DNA of 64,000 nt from Eledone cirrhosa (GCA_964016885.1 OZ024755.1:17608001-17672000), one strand, 5' to 3'; counted from the stretch's first letter, positions 1 to 15,457 are shown. Notes: generated by a model from the letters alone, not told the origin. Translations and numbers: made by a program.

Positions 1-124
1 ACCATCTATTTCTTTACAGACATAATATATCTGGGACTTCATTATCAAATGGGTCCTTCCTTTTTTAGATGTGATATCATGTGGCTTTTGCTGCAGTTTC
101 TAGCAGATCAAGTGACTCACTGAC

Positions 125-344
125 TCTTTAGCATTTACATTACTCTATATTTACTATTGTATTTTCATGGTAAAGGCTTTATTTCACATAATTATCTCAC
201 ATAATATCGAATCTATGAGATTTTGTTATTATTTATTTTGAGAATAAGAACTTAACATCAGTATGAGCAGCTGGTTACTGCCAGTTTCAACAGAAAGAGG
301 TGAGAGAACTCTGACCGGATATGGCTGGTTTAAATGCTAAATGG
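125..344. mobile_element. piggyBac-type MITE, same family, empty at the SINE site
   Basis: Colinear with 4892-5292 minus the SINE; ends aaatgctaaatgg-ttaa. Confidence 0.75.
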
Positions 345-833
345 TTAAGCTTAATTTTAGGGTTACAGTTAAGCTAAAGTTTCCAGTTCACCATTCTTTT
401 TGTTTACTGAAAGCACATGACCATAGTATGTCAATGTGATAATCTTATTAAAAATGGTTTCTGATTTAGGCACGAGGCCAACAATTTTGATGGAGGGGAT
501 AGTTGATGAAATCGATGCCCAGTGCATTACTGGTACTTTGTTTTATCGACCCTGTAAGGATAAAAGGCAAAGCTAACCTCAGCGGGATTTGAACTCAGAA
601 CGTAAAAAGTCGTAATTATAAGCTGCAAAGCATCTTGCCCAATATTGTCAATCCACTGCACTTCTAATAATGGTTATTGATTTAGGCACAAGGCCAGGAA
701 TTTGGGGGGGGGGGGGGGGGGTCAGTAAAATCAACTCCCATGTTTGTCTGGTACTTTATTTTATCGACACCGCAAAGATGAAAGGCAAAGCTAACCTCAG
801 GGCAGGATTTGAACTCAGATCATTTTACTGCTA

Positions 834-991
834 CAGGTAAAATTCCTTTATAACAAATACCATTATAACGAATTTTCCAGTGTAACAACATTTTTTCAAT
901 CCCTGACCACATGCTCGATGTGTTAGGTTGATCTTGTTAGAACAAATTTTTTTTTATACCCCGTGAATTTCGTTATAATGGAATTTTACTG
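834..991. mobile_element. pogo/Tigger-like MITE
   Basis: ta-caggtaaaattcctttataac ... gttataatggaattttactg-ta; terminal inverted repeats with TA flanks. Confidence 0.65.
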
Positions 992-994
992 TAA

Positions 995-1172
995 TAATTG
1001 TTTCTACTTTAGGCACAAGGCCAACAATTATCCAGTGCATTACTGGTACTTTATTTTATCGACCCCGTAAGGATGAAAGGCAAAGTTAACCTCGGCTGGA
1101 TTTGAACTCAGACTGTAAAGGGACGTAACTATGCTAGAAAGAATGGCGTCCGACCGTCTACCGATACTGCCA
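995..1172 (-). mobile_element. tRNA-derived SINE, family 1 (older copies at ~455-665 and ~676-820)
   Basis: A-box-like tggcagtatcggtag, B-box gagttcaaatcc, body gcctttcatccttacggggtcgataaaataaagtacc, tail gtagaaacaattat. Confidence 0.85.
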
Positions 1173-2151
1173 ATAATAATATTAGACCAGTGAACACAGT
1201 GCCTTGTGGTATCTCTTTTAACCTCTTGTGTTCTGTTCTCTTCTGAGTTCAAAAACAGCATCATTAGAGCCAAGTTATATCAGCTCTTGTCTTGTCCTTG
1301 AGCAATGTTGGTGGTATGGAATGGTGTGGTCAATTGTAGAGACTTGCATGCTTGAGCCACTACTGGTCTGCCACAAAAAGAAAAAAAAAAACCTTCCATC
1401 CCCATCTCCCCAATCCTACGCATCCCACGCAGTAGCGTGCAGAGGGGTTGGCAACAGTGTGTTGGCCCCGGGCATCCTTTAGATAGAAGCATCATTTGGG
1501 GAAAAGAACTTTATAAATTTCATTGATTTATATTAAAATCAAATAAAGCATTTATTTCATGTTTCATCTGTGTTTATATATTCCAAATATTTTCCTTTCT
1601 CATAATATTTCTCAGTCTATTAGGCCTTATACTTGAGTCTTTGGGGCATACAATCAAGATTTGCCCCTGCCCCTGACATCACCAAAGCTCTGCATGCCAC
1701 TGATCCCACACTACCCCATCCAGCATGGATCTTGAACAGAAACATTCCCTGCATGGCTCCATACTCTCACGAGGTGTAGAAAAGCCCTAGAATAATAGAA
1801 ATGATTAATATAGTAATATAGCTTATGACCTGGCATTTATTATGTCCAATGATTTACTATTAAGTATCCCACTTTATAGTTTATATAGAAAACATAGATT
1901 AACATAGCAAGCCGTTATCATGCTTCTAATAATAATGTGATATATATATATATATATATGGATATATATGTGTATATATATATATATAAATATATATGTA
2001 TGTGTGTGTACATATATGTATATATATGTACATATATATATATACAAACACACACATACACATACATATGGATATGAATATGTATATATATATATATATA
2101 TATGTACACATGAATATATATATGCATATATATATACACACACACATATAT

Positions 2152-2202
<51 letters not shown>

Positions 2203-2835
2203 TTTTTTAAACATCAGTGTAGCTTTGATAATTTAGCTTTTATTCACATTTACCAATTTTATTGTTATGTTTTTCTTATGTGATCATTATCGATTTTTCT
2301 CTTGATTGGAAGGAACTGGTAAAACATGATAATGATTTCAGTAATAAAAAAAAACACACAAATGCAATAGTGACAGTTGATGAATTATAATGATAAAATT
2401 GATTAAATTGGTGTGGTGCTGGGGAAAAAAGTATAATTTTTAATACTGATGGTAAGATTATTTGTGTTACCATTAAAATCAATATTTTTGATGATAATTT
2501 TGAAATGCTAATGGTTGAATTTATAATTAAATTGATAATATTTATATTTCTGATGATATAAAAATAAAAAATTTATGATTTTTCTAACTGTTGCACAAAT
2601 AAAATAATCTGAATGCTGTATGTTGATTTATATATCATATATTTTCTAAATCTTTATTTCCAAGCAATAATAAATCTTATAAGAGAATACCTTGCTCACA
2701 TGGAAAATGGACATTAAAATGATGATAATGATGTTGATGTTGATGTTGATATATACATTCACACATACATATATTCATGTTCATGTATATATATATATAT
2801 TTATATATATATATTTATATATACATATATATATT

Positions 2836-3107
<272 letters not shown>

Positions 3108-3135
3108 TATATATATATATTTATATATATATATT

Positions 3136-3170
<35 letters not shown>

Positions 3171-3177
3171 TTATATT

Positions 3178-3224
<47 letters not shown>

Positions 3225-3234
3225 ATACATACAC

Positions 3235-3265
<31 letters not shown>

Positions 3266-3337
3266 ACCCATGCAAGCATGGAAAAATAGATATTAAACAA
3301 TGTTGATATTTATATATATCATCCTTTTTCATTGGAG

Positions 3338-3370
<33 letters not shown>

Positions 3371-3857
3371 CACACACACACACACACACTAACACACACA
3401 CATATATAGTTGATGAATGAGCAAGACAAACACAGAAATGGAAAAAACACACGCGCACACACACATGGATATAATTCAAGGATAAGCAAGATAAGCACAG
3501 AGATGCCAAAACACACATATGTGTGAGAGTGTGTATTTTTATATATACAATATATTGCCTCATTGAAACTATACTTACTCCTTTAGGAGTGCTCGGTCAT
3601 GGGAGCAAGCAAGGGAAATAACTCCTATAGCCTTGGCTGATCCAAACTTTTTAAGACAATGTACAGAACTGGACCTTTTTATAAAAGCCAGTTTGATGAA
3701 AGCTGTGATCATGTTTCAGTCTTAATAGATCTCTTCAGGAAAGCGTGTTCACTTTTCAATTTAGCATGACTTTTGAGTGCTGTAACTCCAAGCCTTTTCT
3801 GTGATTAGCCATACTTTGCCATTTGTCGTGATCAATAAATCTTGTATCCTCAGCAGC

Positions 3858-3888
<31 letters not shown>

Positions 3889-4264
3889 TTTAATGTCTGT
3901 TTTCCCTGCTAGCAAAGGTTGGACTGATCATCATCGATCAAGTAAGCACTTAATCAGAACCATTGATCTCTCGCTGACTATGATGATGATGCTGATGATG
4001 ATGATGATGATGATGATGATAAGGTGAATTGCTAGAATTATTAGGATGTCAGATAGAATGCTTTATGGTATTCATTTTAGTTCTCTGCATTTCTGAGTTC
4101 AAATCCCACCAGAGTTAACTTTGCTTCTTATGCTTTTGAGGTTGATAAATAAATTACCAGTTCAGTACTGGTGTTTCTCTCTTTCTCTCCCTCTCTGTCC
4201 TCTCTCTCTTCCTTCTCTCTCTCTCTCTGTCCTCTCTCTCTTCCTTCTCTCTGCGCTCTCTCTC

Positions 4265-4335
<71 letters not shown>

Positions 4336-4891
4336 GTCTTGTGAGGCAGCCACTTTCTGATAGGTTTGTGGTTGAACCTAAACAGCGGAGAGTTCCGGTG
4401 TTCTTGGCTCCCAGACCACCTCCCTACACACTGCTATCAGATTAGAGCTGGCTACCCGTGGGTGCGAGCCCCATGAGCTGAAGTAGCTGTTCCAGTGCAT
4501 CTCCCTCGCTCTCCTCCAGAATGATGTCTGCTCAACCCTGTTGGCCAGGTCCATGACGTGGAAGACATATTAGAGCAGGACTAGGGTGGCAGTCTTCAGA
4601 TGAAAGGGTTAATAATTGTTTCTGCTTTAGGCACAAGGCCAGCAATTACCCCAGTGCATTACTGGTGCTTTATATTATTGACTCCCTAAGGATGAAAGGC
4701 AAAGCTAACCTCGGCAGGATTTTAACCCATAACGTAAAGGGCCATAACTCTATGTTACAAAGCATGGTAATTGACGCTCTACTGATATTGCCAACTGCTT
4801 ACACACACAAACACACACACATAATTATAAAATATCTTTCAGCTCTGAACCTTAGGATAAAAACAATATATTTATTATCTTTAACCTTTAA

Positions 4892-5292
4892 CCCTTTAGC
4901 ATTTACATTACTCTATATGTACTATGGTATTTTTGTGGTAAAGGCTTTAACTTACATAATTATCTCACATTATATTGGCAGTATCAGTAGAGGGTCGGAC
5001 GCCATGCTTTGACGCATAGAGTTACGGCCCTTGCCATTCTGAGTTCAAATCCCGCCGAGGTTAACTTTGCCTTTCATCCTTACAGGGTCGATAAAATAAA
5101 GTACCAGTAATGTACTGCGTAATTTCTGGCCTCGTGCCAATAGTAGAAACAATTATATTGAATTTATGAGATTTTGATATTTATTTTGAGAACAATACCT
5201 TAACATCAGTATGAGTGGCCAGTTATGGTCGGTTTGAACAGAAAGAGGTTAGAGAATTCTGGCTGGATATAACCAGTTTAAATGCTAAAGGG
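4892..5292. mobile_element. piggyBac-type MITE with a nested SINE
   Basis: TTAA on both sides (4888-4891, 5293-5296); TIR ccctttagcattta / taaatgctaaaggg. Confidence 0.85.
4975..5156 (+). mobile_element. SINE family 1 inserted into the piggyBac MITE
   Basis: Near-full copy with a 9-bp direct repeat attatattg at 4969-4977 and 5152-5160. Confidence 0.9.
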
Positions 5293-6708
5293 TTAAATTT
5301 TGTGTTAGCTTCTAGTGAACAGTGAACCTTGAAAGTATACAACTGCAGCCTATTAACATTGAATTTTAAGTGAGCAAGTAAATATTAATAGCAAATTTAG
5401 CAAATTTAAAGGAAGAACAAAGTTGATTATATTCACCTCAGTACCTGACTGGTGGTATGTGGCCTCATGGTAAGGCTGTTGGACCTAAAACCATAATGTT
5501 TTTGTTCAATTCTAGGACTGGGTTGTGTGTTATGTTCTTGAGCAAAGATATATATATATATATATATACAAATAAATTATCGAGAATCGGAACTTTGGCC
5601 CACGAAATAACGAAAAAACAATCTTCGAAATGTGCGGCAAAGTGCTCAATGGTTCGGATAAACCAGAGCTATAACTAACGTTTAATACCAACACACTGAG
5701 ACGATGCTTAAACAATCATTCGCACAGCCAAAAATACGACCAAGAAAATTTGAGTCAAACAAATAAAAATATATGTGAATGAAAAATGAATATATATATA
5801 TATACTAAAGGGATCTTACGAATTTATGGGTACTGTATCATCTTACCCACACTAAGTCGTTTCCCTCACTATATAACAAAAGTGTTCACTCTGACCAGCT
5901 GAGTTCAAATTTTAATATGAACTTAGATATCCATAGAGTGAGGAAATGGCCAAAGCTATGTCCATTCTATTCGACTTCTTCGTCTCCTAATTGTATATAT
6001 GTATATATATATACACACATTGTTATACTTGGGGAGGGTCATATTTGTGTAATATTGCCAGAATTAATAACAGAACACACTCACTGTTTGGTTGGTTTTT
6101 GCTTCTCGCTGTCTTTTATATATACACATATATATATATATTATATATATTATATATATTATATATATTATATATATATATATTATATATATATATTATA
6201 TATATTATATATATATATATTATATATATCATATAGATATATATTATATATATATTATATATATTATATCATCCTCCTCATCATCTTCGTTTAACATCTA
6301 TCTTCCCCGTTAGCATGGGTTAGACGGCAGTTGTCCCACTTGAGGCAAGGTTGGTCGGGTGCTATATATATATATATTATATATTATATATATAAATACA
6401 TTATATATATTTATATATATTATATATATATTATATATATTGATATATATTATATATATCATATATATATTATATATATATATTATCAGTTCAAATCCTG
6501 CCGAGGTTGACTTTGCCTTTCATCCTTACGAGGTTGATAAAATAAAGTACCAGTAATGTACTGGATAATTGCTGGCCTTGTGCCAAAAGTAGAAACAATT
6601 ATGTATATATTATATATATTATATATATATACATTATATATATTTATATATATTATATATATTGTATATATCATATATATATATCATATACATATACATA
6701 CATATATA

Positions 6709-7977
6709 CAGGGTGCAGACGATATTTGTTCGTAAGATTACTGTCTAGGATAAAATAACACAGTAGTTTTATTTTTGAAGATATATTTATTAAACTTGGG
6801 TCAGTTTGTCTTCATGACTTGTTCTTTCAATCTCACTCAATAAACCCGCCATTGGCTTTGATGATGGCCTCAAGGCAGCCTCGGAACCGGCTACAGGCCT
6901 TCATCACTGTCCCCCAACTTAGGATCCTGGCCTTCAGATCGTCTTTCGTATTGCAGCTAGATCTGTTGGTGTCTCGTTTCACTGCACCCCACACAAAGAA
7001 GTCGAGGGGGTTGCAGTCAGGCGCGCTGGAAGGCCAGATGTCAGGTGAAGTGTGGTTGACGAAGTTCTCTGACAGCCAGGCTTGGGTCTTTCGGCTGGTA
7101 TGGCAGGGCGCTGAGTCTTGCTGCCACATGTTCGGCCTACCTGCAGCTACCTGGTCAATCCAGGGCTTTACTACCTCACTCAGAACACGGATGTAGCCAT
7201 CGGTGTTCAGCTTCAGGCCCTCAGGGAAGAAGTGAGGTGGCATGACGTCACCTTGACTGCTGACAACACCTAAGACCAATGTTGTCGCTGGAAACTTTGT
7301 CTGCATGACTCTGGGCACATCTTTGGATGAGACAGCGAGCCACCTGTTGTTCTGGGAGTTGGCAGAAGTTTTTCTCGTCGGAGAAAAACCACAGTATGTC
7401 TAGCTCCTGTGGGTGTTTCAACTTGATCAGCTTCTTTGCGTGCTTCAGTCGCTTTTCTTGCATCGCCTTTGACAGAAATTGTCCTTTCCTCATCTTGTAT
7501 GAAACGTAGCGAATGTCTTCATGTACCACCAGCCTAATGAGCTTTTCATCCACGCCTTTCTCCCTTGCAATGGCACGCATCGACTTGCTACGTTCATTGT
7601 TGATGATATCCTGAACTTCAGCGACGAATTCAGGCATTCTGAAGGCGCCAGATCGTCGATCATGTGTTTTCCTCTCTGATGTTGCTTCGTAGTCGATTCC
7701 TGAATCTTCCAATTCCTTTCTGACCTTTTCCACCATTCTCCTACTGATGCTGAGAAAGTCTGAAATTTCCTTATTTGTCCTCCCGGTGCGGATTCCAAGA
7801 AGAACTCTGTGTCTCTTCCACTTGGAGGTTCAAAATTATTCATAATCAATTATTCTGAAAATAAATAATGGAAATATAGTCACTGTTTTTATGAAGACAA
7901 GAGTGACAACGGAAGTAAAAGAAATTTGCATAAAATCAGTAGTTGAAAATTTGCGAACAAATATCGTCCACACCCTG
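6709..7977 (-). mobile_element. Full-length Tc1/mariner transposon, DD37D (maT) family, ~1.27 kb
   Basis: 24-bp TIRs (cagggtgcagacgatatttgttcg and the reverse complement of cgaacaaatatcgtccacaccctg, 2 mismatches), TA on both flanks, transposase motifs inside. Confidence 0.95.
6833..7843 (-). pseudogene. Frameshifted DD37D transposase
   Basis: Split over three ORFs (7490-7849, 7248-7736, 6833-7318). Motifs: SMRAIARE HTH-like segment, WFFSDEKNF, WQQDSAPCH, SAPDCNPLDFFVWG. 37 residues lie between the 2nd and 3rd catalytic Asp. Confidence 0.93.
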
Positions 7978-8007
7978 TATATATATATATATATTATGTA
8001 TCACAAT

Positions 8008-8210
8008 GGGCTGAAAAGTTCATAGGCTGACTATAAAGGAGTAATGCTAGAGCTTATAACTGTGAAATCTTGAATGCATTAATTTCAACTCTTCTTATTA
8101 ATAACTGCATTGTTTCTTTCCAGGGAGGAGACTATATTAAAAAATAAACCTCATTTGGTCATCCCAGGAGAGTATCTTGATCAGCCTATGAACTTTTCAG
8201 CTGACCCTCA
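8008..8210. mobile_element. mariner-derived MITE
   Basis: TIR ggctgaaaagttcataggctga / tcagcctatgaacttttcagctgaccctca-ta. Related ends at 10595-10666, 63147-63250 and 63389-63447. Confidence 0.75.
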
Positions 8211-9250
8211 TATGTAAGTTTTGTCTGAAGGTCATTTATGATATTAGATAACATATCTAGAGTTTATGTTGAGATATCACCTATGAAAGCTATCTCAGTT
8301 AGACTTAACTTTGACTGAAATTATTTTGACTTTGACCCATCAACAACAACAACAACAACAAGACGATGGTGATCGCATAGGGTTATTGATCTCACCATCT
8401 AGACCTGTCTCTCTTTGATCATTTGACTGTAAAGATAACACAAGACCAATAACAATTTCTATGGCTCTCTTTTCTCTCTCTCTCTCTCTCTCTCTATCTC
8501 TTCTCTCTTTATCCTTTATCCTCTCTTCTCTCCTCTCTCTCTCTCTTTCCCCTCTCTCCCTCTCTCTTATTTATCCTCCCCCTCTATCTCCAGCCCATCA
8601 CCAGCACCACCACCACCATCGCCACCCCCACCACCACCTCCACCATCACCACCACCACCACCACCATCACCACCACCACCGCTCTCTTCTCTCCTCTCTC
8701 TCTTTCCCCTCATTCCCTCTCTCTCTTATTTCTCCTCCCCCTCTCTCTCCAGCCCATCACCTGCACCACCACCACCACCACCACCACCGCCACCATCACC
8801 ACCGCCACCACCACCACCACCACCGCCACCACCACCTTCACCACCGCCACCACCACCTTCACCACCGCCACCACCACCACCATCAGCACCACCACCACAC
8901 CTATGTAATCTCTCTGCAACTGAACACTGAGAAAGGAAACATGTTAATCTCACGTAGTAGAGAGTCAATGAAATACTAAAAATGAAAACAAATATTTGAT
9001 TCTTGTAATAACTTCAGCTATTTAAATTTTTTTCATGTTTTTAATCTATTACATTATTAATTATTCCTAGTTTGCTAATTGTTAAAAAGAGTGAATTTAG
9101 AATTCATTAATCGTTTTTGTTTGTTTTTGATATTTGGCTGTTTTTTGTTGTTTTTATTGTTTTCTGTATGTTGCTAAAGTATTAATTCCGAAATGGTAAA
9201 AATAATATATATATATGTGTATATATATACATACACACAAACACACGCAG

Positions 9251-9301
<51 letters not shown>

Positions 9302-9349
9302 AATATACAAACACACACATATATATATATATGTGTGTGTGTACATATG

Positions 9350-9403
<54 letters not shown>

Positions 9404-9473
9404 TATATATATACACATATGCATATATATATATATATATACACATATGCATATATATATATATACACACATA

Positions 9474-9516
<43 letters not shown>

Positions 9517-9632
9517 GCATATATACATATACATATATATATGAATATATATATGTATATATATATACATATATATATATTCATATACATATATATATAT
9601 GTGTGTATGCGTGTGTGTGTGTATATATATAT

Positions 9633-9733
<101 letters not shown>

Positions 9734-9742
9734 TATATATAC

Positions 9743-9794
<52 letters not shown>

Positions 9795-9866
9795 TGAAAT
9801 TACAGATTAAAGTTTAAGCAAAGAATCGCTGCTTTCACCTTTAACTATATACATATATATATATAC

Positions 9867-9911
<45 letters not shown>

Positions 9912-9915
9912 TATC

Positions 9916-9959
<44 letters not shown>

Positions 9960-10749
9960 TATATATATATATATACAGAGAGAGAGAGAGAAAGAATTCA
10001 ATAAATAAATAAGACGGTTGGTTCATTTGTTTTATTCAATAATTTTAAAGTTATTAATGAAGAAAAAAAACACAAAAATCAAAATATAAAATTTTGTGTA
10101 TTTCTAAAACGTTTCGGAAAAACATTTTTGCTCAATTTTTACCTAAAATATCCAACCAGTGTTAGTACCAGCAGCATCACCACTGCAATCATCATATTCT
10201 TTTGTCTTTTTGTTATTTTATCCTTCTACTAGTTTCAGTCATTGGACTATGACCATGCTGGGGCACTGCCTTCAAAGTTTTAGCTAATCTTCATCATCAT
10301 CATCATCATCATTTATGATTTTACGTTCCCAATTTCAAGTCTAATGCTTATTTTATTGATTTTCAATGGTGGTACCACTCTTTTGTCTTTTTGTTGTTTT
10401 ATCCTTCTACTGGTTTCAGCCATTGGATTGTGGACATGCTGGGTTTTAACCAATCATATCGATCCTACTTTTAAGTCTGGTGCTTATTTTATTGATTTCT
10501 AACTGTGCTATCACTTAGTTGCAGGACATAAACAAATATTACCAGTTTGTTAACTGGTGTCAATTTAAATACACACACACACACATATGCACACTGAGGG
10601 TCGGCTGAAAAGTTCATAGGCTGGCCAAGATACTCTCATGGAATGACCAAATGAGGTTTATTTTTCTGTCAACCTTTATATGTATGTATGTGTGTGCATA
10701 TGTTTAAGTGCAAACATGGAAAATAGATGAAAAATGGCGATGTTATATA

Positions 10750-10780
<31 letters not shown>

Positions 10781-11550
10781 GTGTGTGTGTATATATATGT
10801 ATATATATATATATGTATGATTGTATGTATCAATGGGCTTCCATGTGACAGTTCCACTCACAAACCATTGGTCAGCACAAGTCTACAGTAGACAACACTT
10901 GTCCAAAGTGCCATGCAGTAAGAGACTGGACCCCATACCACATGGTTGAGAATCAACCCCCTTAAACAACCCACCCTGCCATGCTTACATCGACACTACC
11001 CCTAGAGTCACAATACATTTTAAAATTAACCTCTTGTTTTTTCCATTTTTTTTCTTTTTATATTTCAAGCAGCTGCATTAAAAAAAAAATTTTTTTTTAA
11101 AGAAAAAAGAAAAAGATAATAAATTAAACAAATAAGAAAACCTAAAAACGATCAGACAAATAAAACTATTTTAAATTCTTTTGACACTACCAAATATATG
11201 AATTTTTAAACAAGGAAACTCTAAAATAAAAAAAAAATTAATTAAAAACTTAATTAATAAAATAAATATAGAAATAAATAACTATAAAAAATAAATAAAT
11301 ATATAAATAAATATATAAATGAATAAATAAATATATAAATAAATATATAAATATATAAATATATAAATAGATATATATATAAATAAATATATATATATAT
11401 ATAGTAATAATAATAAATTTGAAGACTAAAATTCAAAGAGGGCTCGATAAGGATAAATATATATCAAATATATAAGAACCGTAGAGCAAATATTTATTAA
11501 AATAACAGATTAAACTTTAATCTGTTATTTTAATAAATATATATATATAT

Positions 11551-11582
<32 letters not shown>

Positions 11583-11898
11583 TTAACGTCTATCTTCCAC
11601 GCTAGCATGGGTTAGACGGGAGTTGTCCCAATTTGAGGCAAGGTTGGTCAGGTGACTGTGTCTCGCTCGTATAGGACTATCTGGCAGGTTTTCTACGGCT
11701 GGATGCCCTTCCTAACACCAAACACATTTACAGTGTGGACTGGGAACTTTTTATCATGTTACTTACATGGCCACATTACAGCGTGAACTGTGTGTTTTTT
11801 TGTCAAGGCACCTACACGATCTCGAACTCAATATATATAAATATACATATATATATAAATATATAAATAGATATATATATAAATATATAAATAGATAG

Positions 11899-11949
<51 letters not shown>

Positions 11950-12901
11950 TATAAATATATATATAAATAAATAAATAGATATATAAATATATAAATAAAT
12001 AAATAGATATAATTAAATTAAATTCAGAAATCAACATATTTTTAAAATTCATTGAAAATTAAAAGCAGTATATAAATAAACTCATTATGTTAGTTAATTA
12101 GATTTTGCCTGATGGCTGTAAAAAAAAAAAAAAATAAATAAATAAATGGTATTGTAAACTCTTCCTTTATTTTTTTCTTTATTTTCTCTTCTCTTTCTTT
12201 AAATTATAGTTATCTTATATTTTTTTTTTTCTCTTCTCTGTCCATTTCATTTTATTTCATCTCAATCGATTCCGTTCTTTATTTCCATCAACAGCCTTCC
12301 TATTCCTTCAACCTTTCTGTCTCTCGGAATCATCTGGCATTCTGTCTGTCTCTGTGTATGTGTGTGTGTGTGTGTCATAGGTGGCCTTGGGTGAGGTAGT
12401 GGTAGTTGTGGTGGGGTGGGATTGGAGGTGATTTTGGTTTGGTTTCTACAGCTGGATGACATTCCTAAAGCCAGCCACATTTACAGCATGGACTGGATGC
12501 TTTTTATTGTGACACCAAAACGATAAAAGGATCCGTATGGGTGCTTTTTGCCATGACACCTACATGAGCACTTTACAGTGTGGGATAGGCACTTTTTGTT
12601 GTGTGGGCTGGAAGCTTCCCTAGATGTATGCCACAGCCTGTCCTCGTGAAAGATGTATGGAAAGGTAGGTGCTTTTTGTCGTGACACCTACATGACCACT
12701 TTACATGTGGGCTAGGCACTATTTGTCATGTGGGCTGGAAGCTTTACTAGATGCCACAGCCTGCCCTCATGAGAGATGTATGGAAGGGTAGGGTGGGGTG
12801 AGGGTTTTGCATACTATATATTAGTATTTTTCAGCTTCAGCCTGTGCCCATGGGAAGGTAGGTCTTCTGTATTACTGTATATCTGTGTGTGTGTGTGTGA
12901 C

Positions 12902-13441
12902 AAAATATCCTTATGGTTTCTGTTGACCAAATTCACTCACAAATTACCGGTCATCTCTAGCCATGTACTTGGTACATTTGTCATATAGATCACCAACATT
13001 GTAGTCGCACCATTGACGGACGCAACTTTCGCCATAGTTTCTACAGTGAAATGCCTTTCCTATTGCCAACCACCACTATATGGTGCATTTTTCATGGTAC
13101 CAACATTTGTGATGTTTTCTGTTACTTTGTCAGGTATTGCCCTAACTAAAGAGTCCAAAATTTCCTTATGGTTTCTGTTGATGAAATTCACTCACAAATC
13201 CTCGGTCATCTCTAAACATGTACTTGATACGTTTGTCATATAGATCACCAACATTGTAGTCGCACCATTAATGGATGTATCTTTTTGTCGTAGTTTCTAC
13301 ATTGAAGTGCCTTTCCTATCGCACCATGTACACCCTGTAAGGTGGTTACATTACAGGATGTACATGGTGCATTTTTCATGTCACCAGCATTAATGACATT
13401 GTCTGTTAGTTTGTCAGTTATTACCCTAACTAAAGAGTCCC
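12902..13441. repeat. Diverged tandem duplication of ~255-285 bp (SINE-like remnant)
   Basis: ccttatggtttctgttga...ccctaactaaagagtcc occurs twice. Confidence 0.8.
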
Positions 13442-15276
13442 AAGATCCATACCATAGTATAGAACTAAAAACCAGTCATAAAATGAACTTCATTACTACA
13501 TCACAGTTATGCCCAGATCTGTTATGTAGTATCCATTTTAAAAAAGATGTTCTTTTTCAACATACTAAAACTTCAGCTTTGATTACTCTTTATGCAATAA
13601 AATCAAAATTTATTAGAAAAATAAAAATGTTTTTTTAATCTTTTTTTAGAAAACCATTTTGTCTGTTAATTTCATTGATCTGTTTCAGTTTTTAATTACA
13701 TTTCTTTGTTATTTTTTCTATTTGCTTGTACTCTTCTTCACCTTCTCTCTCGGATTCCCACTCTTTTTTCTCATTCACTCTCTCACACGCACTCCCTCTC
13801 CCTCCCTCTTTCGTTTTCCCTTTCTTTCTTCCTTTTGCTTTCTTTCCCTTTCTTTGATTCTCTCTCACCCACTTTTTTCTCTCACTTTTTCTCTCTCTCA
13901 CTTTCTCTCTCTCACATGCACACATTCTCTTAGAATAAGAGATTTAGATATAAGATAAGAGACTATGTAGAAACCTGTTAATCTACACTGATGACACATA
14001 ACAATATAGAAACACGCTTATCTGTAGATACAGGATTTGAAGAAATTCAAAATAAATTAAATCAAATTAAATTTGATTGTATAAACATAGCTTTTTCTGT
14101 CATTTGAAAAAAAAAAAAAAATGAAAACCAATATTTGTTCACTTAGCCTATTTCTCTCAATTAGACCAGAAAAAATTGATACTCAATCAAAGAACTGCTC
14201 TTATTTTTATGTTTTCTTTTCTGAAAATAGATTCTCTTTTTGATTTTTTGGCTTGATAATTGGTATTATTTGAGAACCATCAATTCCTATCTAAAATTCT
14301 ACAGACATTGAACCTGTTTTGCCTAATTTTTTTTTGTATTTGGTGGCAAATTGGCAGAATTGTTAGAGCGTTGGATGAAATACATTATGGTATTTGGTTC
14401 CAGCTCTTTGTGTTCAGAGACAACAGGTGGACTTTTAGGGTGACAAAGTGGAGAACCAGAGGGCAATAACTACACAGTAAATAACTACACAGCAAGTGAA
14501 GCTTTTCCGCTGATACTACAAGCTTATTGCCAACCATAGTTGCCAGCTTGTGGATTCGTTACTCAAAACACTGTTCATAAACCAAGACGTTTTATGTTTG
14601 GAAAAAATTGTTCGTGAACTGATTTATTTGTGATGAGAGGCATTCACGAACCAAGGTTCTACTGTATAGGTTTTAGTTAACTTGTCATAACTTTGATTTG
14701 TTACATTGTTAAATTATATGTGATAATGATTAGATTTACTATTGCCAGCAGGTAAAAATGAGCAGAAGATAATTAAATAGTACAAAATAAAAGGGAGTAA
14801 AAACAAAAATAAAATTGAAAGAAATGAATGACACATATGTATATAATCCTTATTTGCCTTCTTCATTTGAATTTAATACAATCTATTGCTTAATAAGTGA
14901 TATTTAATCAATTGTTGCATAGAATTAGATCCTTGGGGGTAAGTTTAGAAAGTGTAAAAATGTGTTACTAAAAAGCAACTACTGTTTGCTTAGAGTCTTT
15001 CTACTTCCGCAGCAGTTGTCGTGACAGTGCGTGCAGAATTATCGGCTGATGACAATAAGAGAACCTATAATCTCTGTGTACACAACCACACCACAACACA
15101 TATATATATATATATACATACATATGTATATGTGTATGTATATGTATATATATATATATGTGTGTGTATGTGTTTATGTATATATATATATACATATGTG
15201 TGTGTGTATGAATATACATATATTTGTATGTGTGTATATATATATATGTATATATGCATGTGTGTGTATATATGTG

Positions 15277-15307
<31 letters not shown>

Positions 15308-15354
15308 GTGTGTATGTATGTATGTATATATATATATATATGCATGTGTGTGTA

Positions 15355-15403
<49 letters not shown>

Positions 15404-15418
15404 ATGTATGTATGTATG

Positions 15419-15457
<39 letters not shown>

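Noticed and set aside
3590-3850. Non-repetitive island that might be an exon
   Set aside because: Stops interrupt the frames examined; only a faint resemblance to a decayed LINE C-terminus.
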